Assembly: GCA_008632985.1 (NCBI GenBank)
Contig: QPGO01000213.1
Span: forward strand, 1-64,000
Source: Psammoneis japonica
Lineage: Eukaryota
Length of the DNA: 64,000 nucleotides
Direction: 5' to 3'
This document shows positions 11,486-24,000 of this stretch, one piece after another. The stretch's first letter is position 1, and every line of letters starts with the position of its first letter. The notes beneath the pieces were generated by a model that worked only from the letters and a program-made list of their open reading frames with translations, was not told where the DNA came from and ran no database searches. The translations under genes were made by a program, and so were the position numbers.

Positions 11486-14400
11486 CTACCTCCTTGACTG
11501 CTGTCTCTTTGGGCAATCCTTAGAATGCGCTGGTCGACCTCTTGGTCGGCACCCCGTCACACTGTAGCTTTGCTGCAGCTTGTATTGTAGGAAGACAGGA
11601 CAACAGTATGGATCAATGTCTTGCTTCCTCTGATCCCGTATCAGATCATTAAGATTTGAAAGAGCCGGTTGCACTTGATATGGAACAGATGGGAGGGATG
11701 CGCTCATGCTCGATGCAATGGCAACTTGTTGTGACAGGGCGCTTCTCACGGCTTGCAACATGTTGAACTGCTCCTCGACTCGAACGTGAGCCGCGTTAAG
11801 TAATGGTGTGTCATTCACACACATAGATTCAACCCCCACCTGAGGAGCCGCCACAATTTCCACAAAACCACTAGCCGGTCGAACGCTTGCCACTGCTGTA
11901 GTTTCTCCATCGTTGCCGTTTCCAACAACTGATCTTGTTGTTCGCTTGTATGGATTTGTCACTGGCTTTGTCCCACAGATATTGCACATACATCGATCCG
12001 TCTCCGGGTGTGGAGTAATTGTTTCATTTCTAGCATTCTGCTCCCGCAGGTACTTGGACAGAAAACGCTCGCCGGTGTCCGCCTCGAGTTCCCTTACATC
12101 TGGATAGGGTGCTTTCTTCCCCTTCTTTGTTGCTAGCTTGTTGATTTCGATTAGATTGAGCACGTTCCGATGAGTAACCACACCCCGAAAATCGTATGGA
12201 ATCTTTGCTCGAGTCTCTGGATTCATTCGTTCAACGCGTTCCTTTTCTTCAATTGTAGCGTTGTAGAGAACCAAACCTTCCAGAGTGATCAAATCCATCA
12301 ATGAATCTCGCATCCCACAGTTCCCATAATGAGCCAGCGAATCATGAGCCTTTTCCAACTTTGACTCCGGCCCGAGTAATGTCCGCCACTTCACCAGCTT
12401 CGCTCTTGAACGGAGCGATGGAGCCACTGGCCAGTACTGCTCTGACTTTGGCACTGGAACGTCCAATCCCTTGGATGTTTCTCTTCCATTTGCCACGGCA
12501 TCCTTTGTATCACTTGTAAAGAGTGTCAAACCACTGTTTGGATCAAGACGTCCCCAGCGGGTCGCGATCCATCAGAAGCCGTACACTTATATCGGGCGTG
12601 CCAATCGTCAAGCAAGCTGATTCTCTTTTCCAGCGGATGCCTCCAAATGCGCATGTATTCTGAGTAGTGCTTCCACCTGGAAGAATGGATGATCTCATCT
12701 ATTTCTGCATCCGTGTGCTTTTTGCCATTGAGAGTTCCATCCTTGAGGGCTTGTATTACTGCTTGGCGGTCCGACCACTCGGTGTATGAAACTGTAGCTC
12801 GAAGGTCCCGAACTGCTTGATGATAGTCGACGTGGTCTTTTCGAAGTGTCTGTACAATACGGTGCATCCAGTGAAAGAGACCCAAACGGCATACTATGTA
12901 ACCTCCAAATAACACCTTCCATAACGATGACTTATTCGGCCAAGTGTCGCTGTAATGGATTTTTGGACGCACGTTCTTTCGCCTCGCGAACTGCTCGGCT
13001 GCGTGAGCAAAATCTTTTGCTTCCAACGTCGGTGTCAGACAAGCAACTCCAACCTGTCCCTTTTCGTTGCACATAGTAAATAGTCCTGCCGCCGCTCCAC
13101 CACCTTTCTTTGTATAATTCTTGAGAATTTGAAAGTGTGGTCAGAAGCCACGCTCATTGATGCTCCCACCATCTGGATCAATCTTGTACATCTGGAGTAT
13201 GATGACGTATCAAGAGCTGTCAATTCCGATGCGCCAGATTCATCATAAAGATCAAGAATCGCAGAACCTGATGGACTGTAGCTGCCAATCCACTCGTAGA
13301 AAGATATCCAGTCACCTGATTCATCGTTGGCTCGTTGATAATACTCTTTCTGGAGATCCTCGAAATAGGCAGCTCGCATCTGGTGTAGCGTGTGAGAAAA
13401 CTTATCGCCGTTTGCGTACGTGACAAGAAAGGATTCAAATAGCCTTGTGGTTTCCCTTGTAAGGTGCCATTTGTTGGTTGCGCTGGCATACTTTGGCTCA
13501 GTTGGATACGATGATTGAAGGCTTTTTGGTAACTTGTGTAGCAGTCGACCGTCGTTGCCCTTGCATCGCGTCTTGCATTTGTTGCACTCATACCACATTG
13601 ACACTGCCACATGAGTCTTACCGCTGATGCAATATATTGGCGTCGCCCCACCGTATCGAGTAAAGTCCATACGGTCATGAATCATCTCCCCGTCACACTC
13701 TCCGTCAATACAGGAAATGTAGATGTTAGGACAATTCAGCTCCCAACAAACGATGTATATTATCATACCCTGCAGCTGGTGGTAGTAATAATCAGGCGGT
13801 GAAGTGCAGTCATCCTTGGGAACTTGAAACGATATTGTACCAGGCGGAAAGGTACCATCCTTGACCTCCAGAATCTCTTTGAGCTTAGTGCTTTTTGCTG
13901 TAGCAACAGGATACGTGTTGCTGCCCTGATCAAATCTGGGCTTGACAGAATCCAACAGATAACTGATAAGAGCACTCACTGCAGCCGGGCACTTTGTCTT
14001 CTCCTCCGAGTTCTCATACTTTTTCACTCGTGCTCGAATCTCTTTTTTCAACGTCTCAACCGAGAATTTTGTATTCCTTGCGGCATCAAAAAGATTCGGG
14101 TTGCTTGCGACGGTAGAACTGGACGCTCCCAGATTCACGGGCTTGCAAAAGTTTGAATCACCGGGAGGAGGCAATGGAGCTCGACTGTTTGATTCTTTAA
14201 TTTCAAAATGGTCTTCCATGGTAGAAACTCCTTTCTGTGGGGCGGCTGGGATCGTATTGTTCTTTTCATGGAGCTCTTTTTCCCGTCGCTCTGCATCTTT
14301 CGTAGCCGCGGTGACATTGATTTGCATGTATCGTTTCGAAAACTTGCACGTGGGATCGTGACCATGATGGTATGTAGGCCCATTCTCACACCTCTTGCAT

Positions 14401-14678
14401 TTCTTTGTTCCGTCGTCTACTCTTGGCACCTTGCGCCCACTTAAATCGCTCTGTTGCGTGCGCTTCTTACGTGTCTGCGCTTGACTTTTGCTCGTTTTAA
14501 TGGAGCCTTTGCGCTTCTGGGATTGAATGCCCATGTTGATAAAGAAAGGATGCAGCTGCTGCTGTGTAGCCACTTTTAGTGGAGCTGATTCTTCTTCAAC
14601 GTCGGTCATCATCGAAGCACCAGTAGAGATTGTACTTTTCTCTCTCGTGGGTTTTTTTTGTGAGAGAATTTTTCTCAT
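11486..14678 (-). mobile_element. Zisupton/KDZ-superfamily (DUF6729-like) DDE transposase, split by two 1-nt frameshifts
   Basis: Motif order Cys cluster-YECNKC-LLHKLP-YP, SDHTFK, MCNEKGQV, HYSDTWP, CRLGLFHWMHR, SKLEKAH parallels Zisupton motifs as I recall them (DSTKK, NEHGQV, YVDRDCC, RLDIWHFMRR, LESFH). Confidence 0.7.
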
Positions 14679-15197
14679 CGCGACAGAAGTCTGTGTTGTT
14701 GTGTTTTTCCGTGGCGCGAAAAGAAGATGATTTCGGTCTCCGCATCATTTTGATTCTTGTGTCTGATTTTGGAGAGTTGTCTCAGCCTCCTCGTCTATAA
14801 ATGATTGCGTCAGATTTTCCGAAAAAATGTTAATTAATTAGTCGGAAAGTCCTCGACTTTCCGAGGGCCCCCTATAAGTAGAAATCCCAAATGCTGAATT
14901 CTGATTGGCTCTCGTAGCGCCATTCCTAATCCTCCCTCGGGATCGGGCCCCGCCCGTGTGACGCCAAGACCCCAACCTCATGCCGATGCCATGCCGCAGC
15001 CCTCTGCAAGCAACCAGCAACTGCTCTTATGCAGCTTTATCTTCAGCACCTCCTTTTGGATGAGCCCTTGCTTGATGAGTCGCAATGCTCCCACTTCCTC
15101 ACGAATCGGCAACAGACACCATGCCCATAAACAATCAGTGAGTCTTTTCCTATGATCAAGTCCTTCATATTCAATAGACACCCGATCAAAAACCGTT

Positions 15198-15864
15198 GTG
15201 CAGGCACCGGCTTCGATTCTCGCCTTTCTCTTTGACGATTTGGTCAATCAGGTGCAGCCGGGCGACCGTATTGAAATCACCGGGGTGCTGCGTGCCCAGC
15301 CACGACGGGTAAACCCCAAGATTAGCAAGGTCAATTCGGTATACAAGACATACGTCGACGTGATTCATTTCAGGCGTGTTCATGCCAACGACGAGACGCG
15401 CAGTGGTGGCCTAGCGTCTCGCTTCACTCCAGAACGTATTGAAGAGCTCACAAAGTTATCGCAGGAACCGGACATTTACAACCTCTTGACCCAATCCCTC
15501 GCAGCCTGGATTACGTCATGCGTGGTATTCTTTGCATGCTCTTTGGTGGCAACCATGTACGTGTCAAGCAAAACCAAGGCCAAGTCAGCGACAGCGACGA
15601 TGATGAACCGGAAGACGACGACCAAGATCAACATGACGCTCTAGACAAGCGTGGCGACATTAATATCTTGCTCTGTGGTGACCCGTGACCCCGGAACCTC
15701 CAAGTCGCAGTTGCTTGGCTTTGTTCATAAGATTTCGCCTCGCGGGATTTATACGTCAGGTAAAGGATCCTCCGCCGTGGGTTTGACGGCTTCTGTCGTG
15801 CGTGATGTCGAGACGAGGGATTTAGTCTTGGAGAGCGGTGCTCTTGTTCTCAGTGACTTAGGCG

Positions 15865-15895
<31 letters not shown>

Positions 15896-16880
15896 GGATT
15901 CAACACGTTCGGTACTTCATGAAGCCATGGAACAACAGACCGTCCGCATCGCCAAGGCGGGTATTATTGCCACGCTACACGCGAGGACTTCTATTTTGGC
16001 GTCGGCAAACCCTACCTCGTCCAGGTACAATCCCAACCAGTCTGTGGTGGATAACATCCAACTACCGCCAACGCTACTGTCTAGGTTTGATTTGATTTAC
16101 TTGGTCTTGGATTCTCCCAACGTGGAACACGACCGGCGTTTGGCTCAGCATCTTGTAGGATTGTACTACGAAACTCCTTCGGTCGTGCGGCCACCGCTCA
16201 AGCAAGAATTGTTGAGGGACTATATCGAGTACGCCAAGGACCATATTCATCCTTACTTGAGTGACGAAGCAACCAAGGACTTGCTGACGGCTTATTTACA
16301 GATGCGAAGCATGCATGGGTGGAGGTGGCTCGCGTACTATTTCAGCCACCCCTCATCAATTGGAATCCATGATTCGTCTCTCGGAAGCATTGGCAAAGAT
16401 GCGCTTCTCCGCAACCATCACGAGAGAGGACGCTCAGGAAGCTATTCGCTTGATTCAAGTAGCCACGCAAAAGCCGCAGAGACCGACACTCGGACGGGTA
16501 GGATTGATATGGACATGATTGCCATGGGCAAGTCGAGTTTGGATCGTCAGGAGCAGGAGAACATGTCGATCCACATCATGGAGCTCTTGTCTCATGTGAG
16601 TAACGACTGTTGAGACAAGTACCTGTGTATCCTTTTCATTCAGTTTTCTCGTTTGCTCATTTTTATTCTTCCTATGTCATACTGAATTATGCTTGAAAGA
16701 GGCAAGGAACTCGTATGGCTGTGCGGGACGTGGTGCAGCAGTTTGAAGAAATTAGCAATGCAGGAGACGAATTGCAGCACCATGACGGGGTAGTAAACAC
16801 TCTTAGGAGCCTGGAGGCGGACGGGTTGGTGCAATTTAATGAACGTGCTCAGACGGGTTTTTTTCGTTTTGGGGTGTTTT
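15198..16880 (+). pseudogene. MCM4: 5'-truncated MCM4 helicase pseudogene
   Basis: OB fold (VQPGDRIEITG), Walker A DPGTSKSQLL, YTSGKGSSAVGLTA, IDEFDKM, LLSRFDLIY. Frameshifts near 15505, 15680 (gtgaccc duplicated) and 16315; ATPRQLE appears as ATPHQLE; no N-terminus. Confidence 0.88.
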
Positions 16881-17370
16881 GAAACGATGCGTGTTTGATG
16901 CTTGATTCCGTCCGGTGCTGGCGACTGTGTTCGCTATTTGCAGCATGCGGTACCGTACGCAGTAGTTGGATTGCTGTAATGTTTTAGGTAGTAGTTTCAC
17001 TGAGAGCTGTTCACTACTAGTAGAACCTACGACGAGTAATCCTCAGACATATTGTACGATAAAGTACCATCCGTGTGGGAAACTAGCCAGTAAAACTCTT
17101 AGGAGCCTGGAGGCGGATGGGCTGGTGCAATTTATTGGACGTGCTCAGACGGTCTTTGTCGGCTTTGGGGTGTTTTGAAACGATGCGCGTTTGATGCTTG
17201 ATTCCGTCCGGTGCTGGCGACTGTGTTCGCTATTTGCAGCATGCGGTACCGTACGCAGTACTTTTATTGCTGTAATGGGTATTAGTTTCACTGAGAGCTG
17301 TTCACTAGCAGAACCCACGACGAGTAATCCTCAGACATATTGTCCGACAAAGTACCATCCCTGTGGGAAA
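16792..17370 (+). repeat. About 295-bp tandem duplication covering the MCM4 3' end and downstream sequence
   Basis: actcttaggagcctggaggcgga...aaagtaccatcc..tgtgggaaa occurs at about 16799-17081 and again at about 17095-17370. Confidence 0.9.
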
Positions 17371-17570
17371 ATAGGCAGTTTACAAAAATATGCCGTGCCA
17401 CAAGGATTACCGCCGGGTGGAACGTTTCCCGTGCCATACTAGCAAAACGATGGGCATCAGCAAAGCTACCGGTAGGAGCTGTATGCTGCAATATTTCTAT
17501 AGTTTCAGTAGCTACTTCGTTACATCGCCGAATGCACAAATAATGCGTCTTCAAGACAAACGAATGAATC

Positions 17571-18744
17571 TCAAAGCTCGGAAAATAATTTCTTCCATTT
17601 CTTATCTTTCAAAACGGCATTGGTATCAACAGACGCCAGTTTCCCGGCGTTTGTATACTCGTGAAATCCAGACTCAAGAATGTGCTTCGAATTGGTACTA
17701 GTAGGCGCCATCACCGACTCGACCTTTATGGAATGCTGAAGCAAATCGTTGGCTTGCCGGTTCGAAAACTGTTCGAGCAGAAAGTCCACAAGCTTATCGA
17801 GGTCCAGTTCCGACGCATATTTCTGCATGGCGCTCCTAACGTCTGCCCTAGATGCACTTTGCTGCTTTACCAGCCCTTGTTTAAAGGCGGCAACAGCAAT
17901 CATGTCAAATCGCAAATACTTGGATGACGACGGATTGCTTTGAAGAGCAAGATAGCCATCGTATAAGTGGCGACATACCAGGGGAGCTTGAGGTATCTCT
18001 TGACAATAGAACCGCTGCAACAATGGACCATCCGAATGGAAATTAAAGACCGGCACTTTTTGGTTGGGGAAGCGCTCTTGCCAACGTGTGTGAATCGCAA
18101 TGGGTTCATAGAAAGGGCGTCGTTCCTCCCATTTTTCTACGAATTGAGAAAAGGATGGATTCACCTTACCGCCCTCGCTCGGCCGCGTCTTGTACGCCCA
18201 CATTTCCGGGACTATTGACTTGATAATACCGACTCGACATAGTTTCGTAGTGCCGCCTTTAGGTAAAGACGATCTGTACCCTCCACCTCTCTAGGAGAGG
18301 AATCAAGTACTTGAACAGACGTTTGTCTTCCATGTTGCTGTTGAACGATGAAAAGTTTTCCTCCGAGACAAAAACCGTATGATTTTGCCCGTGATGGTAG
18401 TCAAGCAGCTCCCCGAATTCTTCCCAAGCAGCCTTGCATTCTTTTTGGCCTCCGTTACGACAGTACCTGACCAAGGCGTGCGTGCAGTACCCTCCTTCCG
18501 CGTGAGAGCTGCCGATGTAGTAGACATTGTCCTCTTGGAGCATCGTCCGATACCGAATAGCAAATTCTTGAATCGTCGTTGTACCGGTTTTAGCGGTTCC
18601 AATATGAAGAATAAAGAGAGGTTTTTCGCCATCGGCCATCGGCTGTCTTTTCTTTGGGACCGTCACTTTGAATAGCTTGGAATTGTTGGGCGACATCAAA
18701 TGCGACCCCCACCTGGAACACGACAAGAGCGATGCACAGACCAA
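17571..18744 (-). pseudogene. Diatom P-loop/sulfotransferase-like protein, disrupted
   Basis: LHIGTAKTGTTTIQ motif and FVSEENFS; in-frame TAA at 18259-18261 where Tyr would fit (FT*RRHYE), then a frameshift near 18205. Confidence 0.6.
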
Positions 18745-19290
18745 TCAATAAAATAACATGGTAGCACGTAATGGGAGATTGCGGAGCGATCATAGTGTCG
18801 TAATGTATTGAAAGAAGTTGGAAGAGCAACAACGTCAATGGCGCTATCGACCAGCATAGTGATGATGATTGATCCATTGATCATTGATCATTGATCCCAC
18901 AAAGAGCCGTTGCGTCACATTCGAAATTGAGTACTGTGTATGTACGTGGATCTTCACGTACGTACGACTTGCGTTTGAATTTCAAACTTCTTTATTTTGC
19001 TACACGGCAATTAATCCCAAGAATTCAAATTGATGAATGATGCGTATTCAATGCCTAAGATATCCAATACATTTTATCATGATATTAAAATGTTTTTGAC
19101 GTTAAAAATTGGGTGAGAGCAATCCTATAAATTAAAACTTGAATATATTATATTAAACGCACCAATGACCGACTCAACAAAGCAACAACGATGAGCAACA
19201 AACAAGTCCTCAAGAGTTTGCACCAACGCCGACGGAACCACAGCCGCCATCAACCTTGCCATACAGTATCCTGTACAATCGTGTGCCACC

Positions 19291-20454
19291 ATGAATAATC
19301 AGAATCAATCCAATAACAACAACGCCGCTGGAGCGCCTCCGCAACAACCCAATCCGTTCATGACACCACCCCGCCGCTCGAATGCAATTGCGATGGGCAC
19401 GCCGGGTTCGGCCATGTCGAATTACCAGGCTCGCGTGATGATAAATCAACAAGCGGTCGATGGTTTGAATCAGTTGGCAGGCCAACTTTGCCAAACATTA
19501 GAAGTCGTCAGCACCACCCTCGCACCCGACGTCCGTGAACCCGAGTAAGCACCAAAATATCTCATATTTTCTTCTTTTTGCATCGTTCCTTGCCTTGCAT
19601 CTAACTCATTTTGTGTTTTGTACCGTGTTTGGTGAAGATGGGGACACGTTCCGGATGTCGACGGGGTGCCGAACGATGTTGTTGTGCCGGTCGGCGGTGG
19701 CCAGAGCACCAGTGGTGCTCGAGCTCTGCTACTACCGCCCTCTGCTTCAGGCACTCCCAATGGTGTGGCGCCTGGTCATAGCGCCGGACCTTCTTCGACG
19801 CCTTCTGGTGGGTCTGCCACGAGTGGGGGCTCTGTTGTGGCGCCTCCTGTACCTTCCAGGAGTGCGCCTTCTGGCGGATCGTCGTCCACGCCTGCCACGC
19901 GTGGGGTGCCTGTTGTGGCGCCTCCTGCACCTTCCACGTCTGCCACCATTGGGGGGGCTGCTGTTGTGGCGCCTCCTGCACCTTCCAGGAGTGCGCCTTC
20001 AGGCGGATCGTCGTCCACGTCTGCCACGCGTGAGGCCCCTGTTGTGGCGCCTCCTGCACCTTCCACGTCTGCCACCATTGGGGGGGCTGCTGTTGTGGCG
20101 CCTCCTGCACCTTCCAGGAGTGCGCCTTCAGGCGGATCGTCGTCCACGTCTGCCACGCGTGAGGCCCCTGTTGTGGCGCCTCCTGCACCTTCCACGTCTG
20201 CCACCATTGGGGGGGCTGCTGTTGTGGCGCCTCCTGCACCTTCCACGGCACGTTCTGGCGGAGCGCGCAGGGGCCCTACCATTGTTTTTGGTTCCCCCGA
20301 CAACAGATCCCTGCCCCCCTTCAATTTCCGTTCGCCCAACAACGGTGTCGCGCTGCCGCCCGTTTACACGACGCCTTCTGGTCAGACCACAAACTCCAGT
20401 GGCATGACCCCCGAATCCACTTCACCGATGGATTATTCTCCCACCTATCCCTAG
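19291..20454 (+). CDS. Low-complexity Ser/Thr/Pro/Ala-rich protein with internal 43-aa repeats (probable intron from about 19545)
   Basis: ORF 19291-19548 ends at a GTAAGC donor; ORF 19666-20454 carries the repeats. The exact acceptor is uncertain. Confidence 0.5.
19833..20246 (+). repeat. 129-bp coding tandem repeat (VVAPPAPSTSATIGGAAVVAPPAPSRSAPSGGSSSTSATREAP)
   Basis: Unit starts at 19912, 20041 and 20170. Confidence 0.92.
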
Positions 20455-20737
20455 AGAGGAATCGAGCACGGCTCCTACTCTTTCTCTGTCGGCTGTACTA
20501 CGGTGCTATACAACATTGGGGACATGTAGGCATTGTTGGGTGCAATGTGCAATTTTTTGTGTCGGTATTTTTGCAATAGCTGCGACACTACTACAGAACC
20601 ATGAGAATAGACCCATTAGGGGTTTTGTGAAAAAGCTGATGACGAATCATCACTGCTCAAGCGTGCCAGTTTTTGCAATAGCTGCGACACTGTAGAACAA
20701 TAAGAATAGACCTATAGAGGTTTTGTGAAAAAAGCTA

Positions 20738-21011
20738 CCGTGATTATCATAGAAAATCTGTGCCACAGATTTTGGTTCAAAATTAGTACAGATTTTCAAG
20801 GATTCCGGAGAAATAGATACAGATCCTCAAAAAGTATAGATTTGCACTGATTCTGCCAAAACTGGATTTGGGTTTTCTCAGATTTGAAGAACCCCTCCCC
20901 TGCTGGGGTACAGATCCCAGATTTCCGTTCAGAACAGGCACAGATTTTCTGAAGCCCTGAAAAATAGGTACAGATTCTGATTTTGGCACAGATTTTCTAT
21001 GACAATCACGG
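20738..21011. mobile_element. MITE with 28-bp TIRs and a TA target duplication (Tc1/mariner-type)
   Basis: Left end TA|ccgtgattatcatagaaaatctgtgcca (20738-20765); right end tggcacagattttctatgacaatcacgg|CA (20984-21011); many internal ACAGAT motifs. Confidence 0.85.
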
Positions 21012-24000
21012 CACCACCAAGGAGCTCGTGCAGGGAGGTGACGACACTGCGCTGCCCGCATTTGCTGCAGGCCTGCAATCGTGCTGCTCAGACGGGAGAT
21101 GGAAGTGCCTCTTTCTTTAGTTTCTTCATCATGGGCCGAAAACATGTCACACTCCTTGGCCCCTGTCAGCCATGTGGTTTCCATTTCAGCGAGAAGGCTT
21201 TCTTCAATCATTCCATTCCCTCTCATGTGCCTGATGAAATCTCCAAGGAGATCAATGGAGCAGATGCTTGCGACCCTTCCAATCTCGGTGAAGTGGGAAT
21301 TGGTCTTTTGAAGTTCTACAAGACACTTTGCGCCTGTCATGAGCCGAAACAGAGAATGGAAAACCTCCTGTCTCCACGGTGCTTCTGGCGACAAACTTCA
21401 ACCTTCGAATCGCCCAGAACTCAGCAAACCGAGTGTTCAGCCTTGTGCTGACAACGACACGTTCGCCGTTTCCCGACAACCTCACTCCTTCCATGTGCCA
21501 ATGCCAACTTGTGCTAAATTCAAAAGAACATGAAACAGCCACCTTGCCTTTGTCGCTTTTGCCAATGCCAGCTGCAGTTGGAGCATCAAGAGCAATCTTC
21601 TTAAACCCCCTGATCAGATCTGCACCCCCCTTGTTCTCATTCTTTGAATTGTCCAGCAAACAAATTGCAAATTTGAGGTGAGCAAGCTCATCCAGGGGAG
21701 TGCCTCAGGGAGCACACTGAAAGCCTGTGTCCCTTCTCCAAACTTCCCTTGTGATGACAGCTCTCCCATGGCTGGAACTGGAATTTCCAGCAGAACAGTG
21801 CCAGGTGTGACTGTCTGTGCTGGTGGTGCAGGACTTGTGGGCCTCAACCTTGATCAAGATCACCACGTGCAATTGGCAGGAGGAGATTTGAAATCTTCAG
21901 AATTTTGGCAGGCAACAGCTGGTGCTCCCTGTTCTTCTGTTGTCACAAGAATGCTTTCCTCACAACATGATGAAATCTTGTTGCCAGCTCTGAGAATTGT
22001 TTGAACTTCTTTGCCAATGGTGGCATCAAGTTGCTTGAGGTCGTTGCTTGCTGGCACTTCCCAGCAAGCAACAAATCACGGGTCGGCTGCATGCAATGTC
22101 ATGCAAACCCTTTTCCAAATGGGTGGAATGTCAACCATGTTGTTTGTTTTTGGCACACCATCCCATCCAAGTTGAAGTCCGATGAGCAGCTGCAAGTGTG
22201 CTCAAGCTCTGGTCTCACCCATCACAAGCAAGTGTTGCTGTCAACAGTTGGGTGCTGATTTGAACCTGCTCCAGCTTTGTCATTCAAACAGCTTGTTGGA
22301 AATGCTTTGTGTTTCCCATGCAAAAAGCAGCGAACATTGAATCAATTGGATTGCATGCTCTCAAAATCCGTGCATTTGTGCCCAGTGGACTCAGAGTCTG
22401 AGTCCACTCAGAGCCCAAAAACCTTTTCCTCTGAGCTTTCAACATGTTTGCAAGTTGTTTGCTGACAGACAAAGTGTCTGTGGCCTTCATTTCCAGCAAA
22501 CAGGCATCTTGGTCAACTAACGAGGCATGTGGGTGTTTGCAGACATTTGCACCATGACTCCCGCCACAACCATCATCTCTTTTTCTTGTTTTCTTTTGTC
22601 TTGCCGCTGGCTCAAATGGCAAAAAGAAAAAAGAACACAAGGATGCAGCATGACATCCTGGCTCATGCAGATTTGCACCTGTCCCGTTTGTCACTGTGAG
22701 CTGGAAACAAACGTCCAACTCTGAACGCGGTCACAAAGAATGTGCGCACCTCCATTGTAAGAAACCATTTGCTCAACATGAACTCAAACACACAAGCCCA
22801 AGGCTGTTCAAGCAATTGGTGCCACTGGACCTGGAGCCAACCCACATGGAACAATGAGGTTTTGTGGGGACACCAAGACAGGATGGATGACATTGGTGGA
22901 TCCCAAAAGTTCAATGTCTTTTGGTGCCGGAACCCAGCAAGTGCCCCTTGTCATTGACACACATCACGAGTGTCTTAGAGCTGAAACTCTTTGTGTTCAC
23001 AGTTCTTTTGCAGTGCTCATGCGGACATCATTGTGGAAGAATCGAACACCATTTTGCCATTGAAGGGTTCTGGGTGACTGCAATGAAGTCAATGAGAATC
23101 TCATGACAAGAGTGGCAGTGAATTGCCAAGAGGATTTCAGCTGTCAAGATTCCAAGATGCAAAAGGTCATGGAAACAGCAACAGAGTTGGATGACAACAA
23201 TGGTGCTTCTTCACAAGAACCCAGATCACAGTCATCAACTTGTGTGTTGGAAATCAATGAAGAGTTCTGCAAGCTGTTTGCTCACAGCCAAAGCACCAGC
23301 TGACACTGTCATGGAGTGGATGAGCAGCTGTCAGATTCAGAAAAAATCCTGTCAAAAAATTGTGCTTGCCGTTGGTTCCAACCAATGCAGCTGATCCAAG
23401 TTGGTGCCTTTGTCAGCCCAAGCTCATGAGATGAGTTCTTGTGATGCTCATTTTCCAGCTGGCTAGATTTGCACTCCTGTGGACATGACGCTTTGCAGCT
23501 GGGCAGTCTTTGCAGGAGCATTTGTTGACATGTCATCATTTGTGCAGAAAAAAGAGTGATTTGATTTGCCAAATCATTGTTGCTCATGGACCACCACAAG
23601 CTGTTGGTTGTGCAACAGTTTTTGCTTTCAAAGAAAAAGCTCCCTGTCAACATTTTTGTTGAAAAGAATCATGCCTCATGCCCTTGACTGAATCAATTCT
23701 CCATCAAAAGGAAGCAACAGTGTGAAAACAAACAGAAGACAATGTTCAAGACATTGAAGCTTTGGCATTCCAATGGAATGGCAGTTTGACAAGATTGGGG
23801 AAAGAGTGCAAGTGGGACAGATCACTCTTGAGAGAGAGTGGGTTGAAAAGTGTCAGCGGGAATTCTCAGCAAAGTTGTGCATTCCTGAATGAATCTCAGT
23901 CACTCGTGGATGTTTTTCAGAAGGAAGCAGCCAACCAAGTGCTTTTGAAACTTGGGCAGCAAGAGGAGCAATTCTTGATCGTGGAGTTCAATGATGATGC

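Noticed and set aside
12540..13135. Programmed ribosomal frameshifting in the transposase
   Set aside because: Both shifts are single-base losses in homopolymers, and similar ones occur in the permease gene; assembly error or decay is simpler.
14841..14853. GGAAAGTCC as the RNase P/MRP conserved region
   Set aside because: It is one arm of a perfect DNA hairpin, and no other RNase P/MRP elements are visible.
19833..20246. CRISPR-like array
   Set aside because: The spacers are themselves repeated, the 129-bp period is in frame, the context is eukaryotic and there are no cas genes.
19535..20407. Alternative-frame and antisense long ORFs over the 129-bp repeat
   Set aside because: A GC-rich in-frame repeat stays open in several frames; there is no independent coding evidence.
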